DNA of 64,000 bases from a bacterium (GTDB lineage: Bacteria; UBA8248; JACPRG01; G963555815). Position numbers and translations under genes: made by a program. Each line of letters begins with the position of its first letter. Positions within the stretch are counted from its first letter, which is position 1. Positions 29,981 to 38,872 of the stretch are shown one piece after another. The stretch is from NCBI GenBank assembly GCA_963555815.3, contig CAUVWX020000001.1, positions 544,001 to 608,000 on the forward strand, in the 5' to 3' direction. Below the pieces are notes generated by a model. It saw only the letters and a program-made list of their open reading frames with translations, did not search any database and was not told where the DNA came from.

Positions 29981-30685
29981 CTACTGGGGCGGGGCCTCGA
30001 AGAGCTGTGTCTTATCTCCCTCCAGCTTTGGCCCTCTCACCTCTTCCCTCACTTGTTCTTCAGGCTCCAGGCGGCTAAGGGTCATAAAGAAACTCCTGAC
30101 GTCGTCTTGCGACCAGTCTATGGGACCCGTCACCTTTTTAACGAGTCGGCCCGCTTTGTCCACGATAAAGCTCTCGGGGACGCCCTGGGTTCGGTAGAGA
30201 CGCCTCATTGCCCCCCTTGTGTCGAGGAGGGAGGGATAGGTCACGTTGACCCGCTTGATGTAAGGTTCGACGACCTGCTTTCCCAAGGCATCAACGCTGA
30301 CACTCAAGATCTCAAAGTCCTCCCCTGCCATGGATTGATAGAGCTGCTCCAGGCGGGGCTTTTCCCAAATACAGGGGGGGCACCAGGTCGCCCAGAGGTT
30401 GACCAGGACAACCTTGTTTCCCCGGTAGTCAGAAAGGGAGATGTCGTTGCCGCTGAGGTCCGGCAGGGTGAAATCGGGCGCCGCCACCCCCTCGCGGAGA
30501 GGTTCCCTGAGACGCCGCTCCTCCAGGACTTTCGGGTCCCGGAACAAAAAGCCATGGGCGGCGAGGCCCAGGGCGGCCAAGACCGGCACAAGGATGAAGA
30601 TGACGATGAGGCGGCGGTCTCCCCGTTTCGCCCTCGCTGAAGGACTTTTTTCCTCGATCCCGCCTGGCCGGTTCTCTTCACTCAT
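29981..30685 (-). CDS. TlpA/ResA-family thiol-disulfide reductase
   Basis: APDFTLPD, NLWATWCPPC and GVPESF. Confidence 0.9.
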   Translation of the reverse strand: MSEENRPGGIEEKSPSARAKRGDRRLIVIFILVPVLAALGLAAHGFLFRDPKVLEERRLREPLREGVAAPDFTLPDLSGNDISLSDYRGNKVVLVNLWATWCPPCIWEKPRLEQLYQSMAGEDFEILSVSVDALGKQVVEPYIKRVNVTYPSLLDTRGAMRRLYRTQGVPESFIVDKAGRLVKKVTGPIDWSQDDVRSFFMTLSRLEPEEQVREEVRGPKLEGDKTQLFEAPPQ

Positions 30686-30723
30686 TCAGGGGGCTCCTGG
30701 GTGACGTCCCTGCCACCAAACGA

Positions 30724-31407
30724 TTATTTCTCCCTGAGGAGAACGAGTGCCTCTTGGCGAAGTCGCTCGAGATCTTCCGCTTCGTCGCTGTGGTAGTAGC
30801 CTCGGATCCGCCCTCTGCGATCCTCCAGGACGAAACGGGAGCTGTGGGCGAAAAGTTGAATCGGCCCTGGATGATGTGCCCAAGCCTCTCTGGGCTGAAT
30901 GAATCTGAGGAGGGAAACAGGGCCTCTCGCCTCTTCTCGGGGGTCCACCACGCTCAGGAGGAATCCCTCCTGGGCAAGGCGGTAGATCGCCCGCTTCTCG
31001 CCCGTCAAGAAGAGCCAGCGGTCGGGGTGAGCGCCCAAAGTGTCAGCAAAACGAGAAAGCACCTCCGGCGTGTCAAGCTCCGGGTCAATGCTGATGGAGA
31101 CAATCCGAAAATCTTTTTCGCCCGCGAGATCCGCCTAGATTTTCAGCAACTCAGCGTTCTGGAAAGGGCACGTGTCAGGGCAGTGGGTGTAGATGAAATT
31201 CGCAACCCAGACCTTGCCCTGCAAGTCAGCCTGTCGTATCTCACGCCCGCTCCGCTCAATCATGGAGAAACCGGGGACTTGGCCATAGACATCCAGGCCC
31301 TTTTGCCGGCCGAACAGCGACCACGCCGCCACACTGACCACACCTGCGACGAGGAGGCCGATCCAGACAACCTTTTGCGGGAACTTCCGCGACCCCATAC
31401 CTGTCAA
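30724..31407 (-). pseudogene. SCO1/SenC copper chaperone with in-frame TAG at 31135-31137
   Basis: FIYTHCPDTCP..LLKI*ADL..VSISIDPELDTPE..HSSRFVL; continuous frame across the TAG. Confidence 0.85.
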
Positions 31408-32063
31408 GTGCTCCTCCAGGAGGCGAAAGGCCGATAGCGATCAGGGGCACCCGTCCTGACACTGACCACGTCTTGATCACCCTCGGACCTCTTTGGGTGA
31501 AGCCCTAAAAAGGCCTCGCGAAGGTGAAGCTCATAGGGTGGATGACCTGAGTGGTCTCTCACATCGATGACGGTCAAGTCTAGCGTGAGAATCACGGTCT
31601 TCTCAGCCTCCACGGCAAAACACAGGGCCGTCGGACTCGTGAGGTCTCTGATCTCCTTCTCCTCGCCGGTCTCTAAAATTCCCCAGATGGCGCTGATCGT
31701 GATGCTCACTCCGTCAAACTCCTGTGGCTCCATGGTCCTTCGAAGGAGGGGGATCGAAGAGCCATCTGTGAGCCTTCTCAGGTCTGTAGACAACTCGGTG
31801 GGAAGCGTTATCCACCCCTTTCGTCGGGGAAGCCCCGCAGGATGAAGGCGGACCGCCTCCACTCGGACAACGACCTTTTCAAAGTCTTCAATGGCCTCCC
31901 GGTGGTCGGTCAAACGAACTTCTAACGTGCCAGGGAGACCGTCACCCTCCCCATGAGCCACGGAAAAAGCCCCGAGACTGATCAGGCCTGCAAGGAAGAC
32001 AACCCGTAGGTTAAGGGGCCCTCTCCCACACCTCCTGAAAGTGCTCGATGGGATACCACTCAT
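31404..32063 (-). CDS. DUF4382-like exported protein (true start uncertain)
   Basis: GTLEVRLTDH..IEDFEKVVV..V.LH and LTLDLTV patterns. Confidence 0.6.
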   Translation of the reverse strand: MSGIPSSTFRRCGRGPLNLRVVFLAGLISLGAFSVAHGEGDGLPGTLEVRLTDHREAIEDFEKVVVRVEAVRLHPAGLPRRKGWITLPTELSTDLRRLTDGSSIPLLRRTMEPQEFDGVSITISAIWGILETGEEKEIRDLTSPTALCFAVEAEKTVILTLDLTVIDVRDHSGHPPYELHLREAFLGLHPKRSEGDQDVVSVRTGAPDRYRPFASWRST

Positions 32064-32982
32064 AGCGGACGGTCAGCTCCTTGAGGTCCTCCGGGGCGTC
32101 CCAGTCGATCTGAAAGACGTACGGCAACTCCTCCTCTTCCCCGGCGTCCAAAGTCGTCTGGATGAAGCAAAAACACTGGATGGTGTTCACGTACTGTCGG
32201 GCAGACTCGGGCTCGATGATGTGCCTGGCCTTGGCTGTGATGTTCCCATTGGAGCGGTTCTTCACCTTATAAAGGACTTGAAGGGTCTCCCCGGGTTGCG
32301 CCCGAACGGTTGTCTGAAGAGGGAAGAAATCCCAGGGGAGGTCCATCTTCACCTCCCCCCCGAACCGGACGAGAACGGCCTCTTCCCAGCCGGCGGAGAT
32401 CTTCCAGCCCGATCCCTCCTTGACCAGCTGGAACTCCCCCTCCGCCTCCCGCGTCGGGAATTCCCCCGTCTCTCTGAGGACCTCGATTCGATCGAGGCGG
32501 GCCTTGGTCTCGGCGGCGACGTTCTTCACCTCGCGCTCCTCGTCCATCAGGTCTAGTAGGGCGGGGTCCAGGGTGTTGGGGATCCTGCCCTTCAACGTGA
32601 CTGTCCGAGAAGACTTTTGTCCCTCTGTCTCAGCCTGATCAAATTCTATGTACTGAGAGAGCTTTTTGGCCACCGCCTGGGCTGGACCTATGAAGGGAAG
32701 ATTTTCCTGAAGGTATTCTTCTTGCGATTTCAGGGCCCGGTCGCGCTCTGAAATGAAGCGATAGGCATCGGCGAAGTCCCGGGCGAAGAGGGCCCGGGCG
32801 TAAGCCCTGGCCACCTCCTCTGGCGACAGGTCCTTACCTGAAGACAGAGAAGGGACGAGTACCATCCAGAGGGCAAGCAAGAAACCGATGGCCTTCGCAC
32901 CCTTGCGGGATGGAGTCGAGTGATTGTCTCTCATCTCAGAATATCCCGACGCCGAGGGGTCTAGCAGGCTCCTTTTTCCCAT
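32011..32982 (-). CDS. CtaG/Cox11-domain copper assembly protein with an extra N-terminal domain
   Basis: C-terminal LPWDFFP..PGET..YVNTIQCFCFIQTTL, containing the Cox11 CFCF motif. Confidence 0.78.
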   Translation of the reverse strand: MGKRSLLDPSASGYSEMRDNHSTPSRKGAKAIGFLLALWMVLVPSLSSGKDLSPEEVARAYARALFARDFADAYRFISERDRALKSQEEYLQENLPFIGPAQAVAKKLSQYIEFDQAETEGQKSSRTVTLKGRIPNTLDPALLDLMDEEREVKNVAAETKARLDRIEVLRETGEFPTREAEGEFQLVKEGSGWKISAGWEEAVLVRFGGEVKMDLPWDFFPLQTTVRAQPGETLQVLYKVKNRSNGNITAKARHIIEPESARQYVNTIQCFCFIQTTLDAGEEEELPYVFQIDWDAPEDLKELTVRYEWYPIEHFQEVWERAP

Positions 32983-33256
32983 CAGGAGCCCTCCTGCGAA
33001 TTAGAACTCTAATGGAAGGCCCCAAATTCCTTCGGCAGATCCCCTCTAGTTTACCCCCATCGGCAGCCTGGGGCAACGGGAGCCGAAACGGGGGAGACGC
33101 CCCCGCAGGTCGGTTCTTCCTCGAAAGGCCCGCCCAAATCCACTAGACTTTATAATCGTCGGCTAGAAACGATTTGAGCATGAGTTGTCCCGCGGGGGTG
33201 GAGGGCGTCCTCACAAACGGTCCCCCCACCCCGAAGGAGACCGAATCGGAGGGCTT

Positions 33257-34189
33257 ATGGAGCTTGGACTGAAAGATCGGGTGGCCATGATCACCGGGGC
33301 CAGCCGGGGTCTTGGCCGGGCGTCGGCCTTGGCCCTCGCGGGGGAGGGCTGTCACATTTCCACCATCGCCCGGGGGGCTGAAGACCTGAGTCGTGCCAAG
33401 GCGGAATTTGAGACCCGGGGGGTGAAGGCTTTCATCCTCCAGGGAGATGTGAGCCAGCCGAAGGAGGCCGACCGCTTCGCCGAGGAGACTCTCAAGGAGT
33501 TTGGTCGGGTCGATATCCTCATCAACAATATTGGTGGGTCCAAACCCGGGGGAAACCTGGAAGCCGAGGACGACGTCTGGCACCTCGCCTTTGAGATCAA
33601 CTTCTTCACAGCGGTGCGCCTCACGCGGCGGGTTCTCCCCGAGATGCAAAACAGAGGGTTTGGCCGGATCATCAACATCGCCTCCATCTTCGGCCGGGAG
33701 TGGGGGGGCAACGCCACCTATATCTCCACCAAGGCGGCCATCATCGCCTTCACCAAACACACGGCCCGAGCCCTCAAGGATGACCGCGTCACGGTGAACA
33801 GCATTGCCCCGGGGTCCATCCTCTTCGAAGGCGGAAGCTGGTGGCGGAAGCAGAAGGCCGACCCCGAGGGGATCGCTGATTTCGTCCGAAGGGAGATGCC
33901 TTTCGGGAGATTCGGGCGTCAGGAGGAGATCGGGGCCGTGGTCGCTTTCGTGGCTTCCGAGCGGGCGAGCCTCATCAACGGGGCCTGCATCAACGTGGAC
34001 GGAGGGCAGTCCCGCGCGAAGGGAGATGCCTTTCGGGAGATTCGGGCGTCAGGAGGAGATCGGGGCCGTGGTCGCTTTCGTGGCTTCCGAGCGGGCGAGC
34101 CTCATCAACGGGGCCTGCATCAACGTGGACGGAGGGCAGTCCCGCGCCCTCTTCTAAGGCGACGGCCTCTCTATGACTCTCTTCTATGA
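33257..34189 (+). CDS. SDR-family oxidoreductase (C-terminus altered by a 130-bp duplication)
   Basis: [18 protein letters not shown] and VNSIAPG. Confidence 0.9.
   Translation: MELGLKDRVAMITGASRGLGRASALALAGEGCHISTIARGAEDLSRAKAEFETRGVKAFILQGDVSQPKEADRFAEETLKEFGRVDILINNIGGSKPGGNLEAEDDVWHLAFEINFFTAVRLTRRVLPEMQNRGFGRIINIASIFGREWGGNATYISTKAAIIAFTKHTARALKDDRVTVNSIAPGSILFEGGSWWRKQKADPEGIADFVRREMPFGRFGRQEEIGAVVAFVASERASLINGACINVDGGQSRAKGDAFREIRASGGDRGRGRFRGFRAGEPHQRGLHQRGRRAVPRPLLRRRPLYDSLL
33887..34147. repeat. Exact 130-bp tandem duplication
   Basis: 33887-34017 is identical to 34017-34147. Confidence 0.95.
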
Positions 34190-34234
34190 TGAGCACCCGT
34201 ATCACGAAGATAGGCCAAAGGCCGGGAGGCGCTC

Positions 34235-35128
34235 ATGAAGGGGACGGTGGGATTCATCGGCCTTGGGATCATGGGGAAACCCATGGCCCTGAACCTCCTT
34301 CGAAAGGGGTTCTCCCTTTACGTCTACAACCGGACGCGGGAGAAGGCGAAGGAGGTCGTGGCGGCGGGTGCGAAGGAGTCGGCCTCCCCCGAGGAGGTGG
34401 GGGCCCATGCGGAGACCGTCATCACCATGCTCACCGACGCCCCGGATGTGGAGGAGGTTCTCCTCGGGCCGAAGGGCGTCATCCGCTCCGCGAAGCCTGG
34501 CCAGGTCATCATCGACATGAGCACCATCCCCCCAGAGGCGGTCCGCGCCCTCTCGAAGACATTTGCCGAGCGAGGGGTCGAGGTGATGGACGCGCCCGTG
34601 AGCGGGGGCCAGTCAGGAGCTGTCCAAGGGACTCTCACCATCATGGTCGGTGGAAAGAAAGAGACCTTCGAGCGATGTCTTCCTATCTTGCAGGCCATGG
34701 GGAGCCGCATCACGCACACCGGCGCCCCTGGCTGCGGCCAGGTCCTCAAGGCCTGCAACCAGATCCTCTGCGCGGTTAACCAGATCGCCATGGCTGAGGC
34801 CCTATCCCTCTGCCACCGCACGGGGATAGACCTCGACACCATGCATCATGCGCTGACAGGCGGGGCAGGAAACTCCTGGGCCTTTGAACACTTAGGAAAG
34901 AAGGTTATCGAAGGGGATCGGAAACCCTCCTTCAAGATCCATCTGATGCAAAAAGATCTCGAAATCGTCCTCTCAGCGGCAAAGCGCCTGAACCTGCCCC
35001 TTCCCGGCACAGCCCTGGCGCAAGCGCTCTTCCGGGCAGTCCAGGCTGAGGAAGGGGGAGGGGAGCTGGGTATCGAGGCGATGATCAGGGCCTACGAACG
35101 AATGGGGAATTTCACTTTAAGGGACTGA
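34235..35128 (+). CDS. Beta-hydroxyacid dehydrogenase (tartronate semialdehyde reductase/3-hydroxyisobutyrate dehydrogenase family)
   Basis: GFIGLGIMG, DAPVSGG, KACNQ and KDL. Confidence 0.9.
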   Translation: MKGTVGFIGLGIMGKPMALNLLRKGFSLYVYNRTREKAKEVVAAGAKESASPEEVGAHAETVITMLTDAPDVEEVLLGPKGVIRSAKPGQVIIDMSTIPPEAVRALSKTFAERGVEVMDAPVSGGQSGAVQGTLTIMVGGKKETFERCLPILQAMGSRITHTGAPGCGQVLKACNQILCAVNQIAMAEALSLCHRTGIDLDTMHHALTGGAGNSWAFEHLGKKVIEGDRKPSFKIHLMQKDLEIVLSAAKRLNLPLPGTALAQALFRAVQAEEGGGELGIEAMIRAYERMGNFTLRD

Positions 35129-35391
35129 TGGAGAGGATCGCGTTTTCGTCCGACGCAGAAAAGGACCCCCTTTCTCAGAAGGGCCCCATGGACCGTGGGG
35201 ATCACCCGGTGCCCTCCACCCTTCAGGACCTTCTGGCCTCTGTGAAGGAAGAGGAGCTTCGGCGTTGGGTCAAAGACCTCTCGGGTCCCCGTCACGGACA
35301 GAGCAACCCCGAAAAGCTTGAAGAAAAGGGAAGTCTCTTCTTCCTCGCCCTGGTCACCCGGGCGCTGATCGTTTCCGCCGCCGCGTTCTAG
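35128..35391 (+). pseudogene. Internally deleted M28 peptidase-like remnant
   Basis: VKEEELRRWVKDLSGPRHGQSNPEKLE joined directly to FLALVTRALIVSAAAF*. Confidence 0.45.
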
Positions 35392-35469
35392 TTTTCGGGA
35401 AATTTTCTTTACCGATACCGAGCCTGGTTCGGTTGTCCCAAAACCTGAAGGGCCGTCACCCACACGCCA

Positions 35470-35946
35470 CTAGCCGTAAGGGAACATGAAGGGATACTCG
35501 GGGATGATGAGGTCTCGGCTCTTGGCCGCCTCCTCGGGGGGTGGTGCCGTCAGGATGACCCGGCAGGGGGCACTCTCGATGACGGCCCGGGCGGTCCCCC
35601 CGAGCCTCGTGTCCAGAATACCCCGCTTGCTGTGTGCCCCCATAATGATAAGGTCCGCTCCAACCTCCCGTGCCACCTGCAGGACGACCTTCCTGGGAGA
35701 CCCGTCCCGAAGGAGAGCCTCTGCCTCTATCCCTTTTTCCAGAATGGGGGCCATGAACCGCTTGAGCTTAGCCTCGGTCGATTCCCCCTCGGGCATGAGG
35801 GCGAGGTGAAACTCGCAGGTGAGAATAAATAGCTTGGCCTTGTGAAGAGAGGCCAGGTCTATGGCCACGTCCCGGGCCACGAGGGCGTGTGGGGTGATGT
35901 CGAGATAGCGCTGGAGGGCGACGGAGACGAGAATATTCTGGACCAT
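35470..35946 (-). CDS. Universal stress protein
   Basis: NILVSV and ADLIIMGAH..LGGTA..VI..APC. Confidence 0.88.
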   Translation of the reverse strand: MVQNILVSVALQRYLDITPHALVARDVAIDLASLHKAKLFILTCEFHLALMPEGESTEAKLKRFMAPILEKGIEAEALLRDGSPRKVVLQVAREVGADLIIMGAHSKRGILDTRLGGTARAVIESAPCRVILTAPPPEEAAKSRDLIIPEYPFMFPYG

Positions 35947-36142
35947 TGAAAAAGGTCTCCAAAGAGGGAATCTTTAATCTTTACCGCATTATAACCCCTC
36001 TTCGGCCTTTTGTGAGAGGAAATTGGGGCGGCCCTGCTGGGGGACCGGGGTCTGGGAGGGCCTCCAACCGGCCTCTCTCAGGCCCTTTGAAATTCTTTCC
36101 TCGACTCTGTGGGGATTTGACCGGGGCGGTTGCGCGTGCTCT

Positions 36143-36457
36143 CTAAATGTCGGGGATAATCTGTGGTCTCGCCGCCATTGGCTGGATTTGAGGAGTGGAG
36201 CGTTCTCCTCGCTGGTCGACGGGTGCATCCCTTTCCTTCTGGAGCACCTTCAGGCCGAGGAAAAAGGCCCCGAAAAAATAGAGGCCTGATGCGAGGAGGA
36301 CAAACCCTATATGGTCCCGCAGGAGGATGCCAAGGAAGGTGGTCCCTCCAAGGACGGCGGCCAAGATGGGGAGATGGCAGGGGCAGGCGAGAAAGCCTGT
36401 CAGCAGGAGAAAATACCCGCCGGCCCTTCTGCGGCCTATCTTCGCTCTAGCTGTCAT
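36143..36457 (-). CDS. MerE-like small membrane protein
   Basis: GYFLLLTGFLACPCHLPILAAVLGGT, the MerE-type CPCHLP motif. Confidence 0.75.
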   Translation of the reverse strand: MTARAKIGRRRAGGYFLLLTGFLACPCHLPILAAVLGGTTFLGILLRDHIGFVLLASGLYFFGAFFLGLKVLQKERDAPVDQRGERSTPQIQPMAARPQIIPDI

Positions 36458-36500
36458 TGCCTAGAACCCTGTTCGAACGCTCTGGCAAGTCGCTCTAAGC

Positions 36501-37133
36501 TCATCCTTCATTCAGCACTTCCTCGCCTTCACCCAGCAACTCCTCGATGAACTCCTTTGCCTCCTCTCCAAACCATTCTCTTGCCCCGTGGGCCGCGCCG
36601 ATCACCCGGCCCTCTCGATCAATGAAGACGGAGTAGGGAAGCCCTCGGACTCCATACAGCTGGGACACCTGAAGCCCCTCGTCCACGGCCGCCGGATAGG
36701 TGAGACCCATTTCCCTGATGAACTCCCGGGGCGCCTCGGGCCCGGTCAGGTCCTGGGAGACGGCGAAGATCTCTAGGCCCCTTTCCCGGTATGCCTGGTA
36801 GAGTTTCTCCATCGCGGGCATCTCAAACTTGCAGGGAGGGCACCAAGTGGCCCAGAAGTTGAGGAAGATCACCTTGCCGCGAAAGTCCCTTATCGAGACA
36901 GGCTTTCCACTTGTGAGCTCCACCAGGCTGAAGTCGTGGGCCTTGGGTTTATTCTTGGCTGCAAAGACCCCGACCTTCGAGAAGCTGTCAGAGCGCGAAT
37001 CCGCCTCGGGGGAGGGAGCCCTGTGGAGCGTTCGGTTGGGAAGGAAGACAACGGCCAGGACTACAACAAGTGAAATCCCCAGGCCAATCCCCACAAAAAG
37101 ACGCCAATCACCTCTACTTTTGGAGTCTCTCAT
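36501..37133 (-). CDS. TlpA-family thiol-disulfide reductase
   Basis: N-terminal TM, NFWATWCPPC and GLPYS. Confidence 0.9.
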   Translation of the reverse strand: MRDSKSRGDWRLFVGIGLGISLVVVLAVVFLPNRTLHRAPSPEADSRSDSFSKVGVFAAKNKPKAHDFSLVELTSGKPVSIRDFRGKVIFLNFWATWCPPCKFEMPAMEKLYQAYRERGLEIFAVSQDLTGPEAPREFIREMGLTYPAAVDEGLQVSQLYGVRGLPYSVFIDREGRVIGAAHGAREWFGEEAKEFIEELLGEGEEVLNEG

Positions 37134-37292
37134 CTTTTCTCTACAATCGGCCTGAGTTCCCTCACGCCTTCAAGGTCTTTGACCGCCACGCCACCCCCTG
37201 ATCCAGAAAAGGCCTGTGAAGCGAAACGGCTGTGTGGCGCGCTTTGTCGAATAGATCCCTTCGGCCAGAAGTTCCTCAGAGGGGGAGGCTGA

Positions 37293-37880
37293 TCAGCCCT
37301 CCGAAAGCAACTCCTCAACCAGGGCCTGGCCATCTTGGCTGAACCAGCTCCGAGGTCCCGACGCAGATCCAATCACCTTGCCCTGGACGTCGATCAGATA
37401 GCTCAGTGGGGGGCCGCGAAAGCCGTAGCGGCGCGCAACTCGAGCGCCTCGGTCATGAGCCGTCGGGAAGGTGAGGTTCATCGTCTTCATGAAGGGCGGG
37501 ATAACCTCAGGGGTGTCGTCAATAGAAACGGCCAGTATGGCAAAGCCCTTGTCCTTGAACGCCTGGTAGAGCTGCTCCATCTCGGGCATCTCCGCCCGGC
37601 AGGGGGGACACCAGGTGGCCCAGAAATTTAGAAGGAGCACCTTTCCCTTGAAGTCGGAAAGCTCCACCTTGTCACCGTCGGGGTTGCGGAGGGAGAAGGA
37701 AGGCGCCTCCGGGCGATCATCAAATTTGTGAATGGCCAGGGCCCTGTAAAAATCCTTGGACTGGGCCTCTGAAGTCGCGATCACCTTCCATCCGCTCAAG
37801 GCCAGGCCCGGCAAAGCCAAGACCAGGAACAAAATGAGAAGGCCCCTTTTCCGATGAGGGGCATTTTTAAATCGAACCAT
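37293..37880 (-). CDS. TlpA-family thiol-disulfide reductase
   Basis: N-terminal TM and NFWATWCPPCRAEMP; AAGGAGG RBS. Confidence 0.9.
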   Translation of the reverse strand: MVRFKNAPHRKRGLLILFLVLALPGLALSGWKVIATSEAQSKDFYRALAIHKFDDRPEAPSFSLRNPDGDKVELSDFKGKVLLLNFWATWCPPCRAEMPEMEQLYQAFKDKGFAILAVSIDDTPEVIPPFMKTMNLTFPTAHDRGARVARRYGFRGPPLSYLIDVQGKVIGSASGPRSWFSQDGQALVEELLSEG

Positions 37881-37914
37881 AAGAAACCTCCTTTAGTTAT
37901 CCAGCTACCTCACC

Positions 37915-37943
37915 ATTGTATTTTAGCAGATATTCCCTGGCAA
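37915..37943 (-). promoter_or_regulatory. Sigma70-like promoter for the tlpA-tlpA-merE-like operon
   Basis: TTGCCA-N17-TACAAT on the minus strand. Confidence 0.6.
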
Positions 37944-38070
37944 GACCTAGCTCCCCCACCGGCCCGGATTGCCCGGAGAGCCCCTTTCTACTTGCTTTAA
38001 CCTTTACGGCCCCCAATCCATTCCCAGCCTTGAAGGCCCCAGTCCGTTTGAGACACCCCGAACAAGAAGC

Positions 38071-38355
38071 CTAGATTGGCTCCAGGGCGTAGGAGCCGTA
38101 CTCGAAGCTCACCTCCTGCCTCCGGCCGCAGTGCTCAATGACATCCCCGGGCTGGACATCATCGGCAAGGACAATCTCCTCTTCGCAGAGGGCGCAGCTC
38201 GCTTTTTTGAGGATACTTGCCGCCCAGATCCCCTCTTTTTCGCGCAGCCCGATGGAAACGCCCGCGCAGAAGGGACAAGGGATGACGTCCCCGGCCTTTG
38301 AGTCAGGGGGAACCGCCAGGGGGCGACGGCACTCTGGACAGGTCACTTCCGCCAC
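38071..38355 (-). CDS. Tandem zinc-ribbon protein (two LysW-like ribbons)
   Basis: CPEC..GDVIPCPFC, then CALC..GDVIEHCG; GGGAGA RBS. Confidence 0.7.
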   Translation of the reverse strand: MAEVTCPECRRPLAVPPDSKAGDVIPCPFCAGVSIGLREKEGIWAASILKKASCALCEEEIVLADDVQPGDVIEHCGRRQEVSFEYGSYALEPI

Positions 38356-38373
38356 AGGCGTTCTCCCACGGTC

Positions 38374-38613
38374 CTAAAGCCCTAGAAGTCTCTTCATCTT
38401 CCCTCGGTCAAAGCCGACGACGACCTCTCCATCGATCAGGATGACAGGCGTCCCACGCTGGCCCGAGAGTTTTACCATCTCTTCCCGGGCCGCCTCGTCC
38501 GCGAGAATGTCCTTCCCGATGAATTGAACACCCTTTGCCGAAAGGAACTTTTCGGCTGCCATGCAGCCGCTTCAGTCAGGGACATGAAATAGGGTCACTT
38601 GACGCTCTGACAT
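38374..38613 (-). CDS. Glutaredoxin/NrdH-like protein, probable selenoprotein (USGC; TGA at 38572-38574)
   Basis: MSERQVTLFHVPD-U-SGCMAAEKFL..SGQRGTPVILIDGEVVVGFD; GGAGAAGGA RBS before the ATG at 38613. Confidence 0.85.
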
Positions 38614-38872
38614 GGGGTCCTTCTCCCTCTTATTAAAGAATCAAAAAAGTGACTTTTAGACGTCCATCTCCCCCTCCCCCCCAGGGGGATATAGCCCTCT
38701 ACTTTAGCCCTCCTGCCCTGTGGGTCAACCCTTTTTTCCGCGAGAGGTGCCCCAGAACGTGGGGGCTCAGGTGGCGTCTCGAAGTCGAGAGAGGTTGGGC
38801 CGAGCGGCCTCACTACTTCCTGCCACAGCTAGGGATACATTCGAATAAAAAACCGTCTCACAGCGTCCCCCG

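Noticed and set aside
37130..37292. Possible gene remnant between the two tlpA genes (EELLAEG echo; AVKDLEGVREL)
   Set aside because: Too short and lacking a start or RBS; cannot be distinguished from chance.
38071..38613. Glutaredoxin-zinc ribbon as one TAG-readthrough fusion
   Set aside because: The genes are in frame, but the glutaredoxin ends at a typical LLGL terminus and the second gene has its own GGGAGA RBS.
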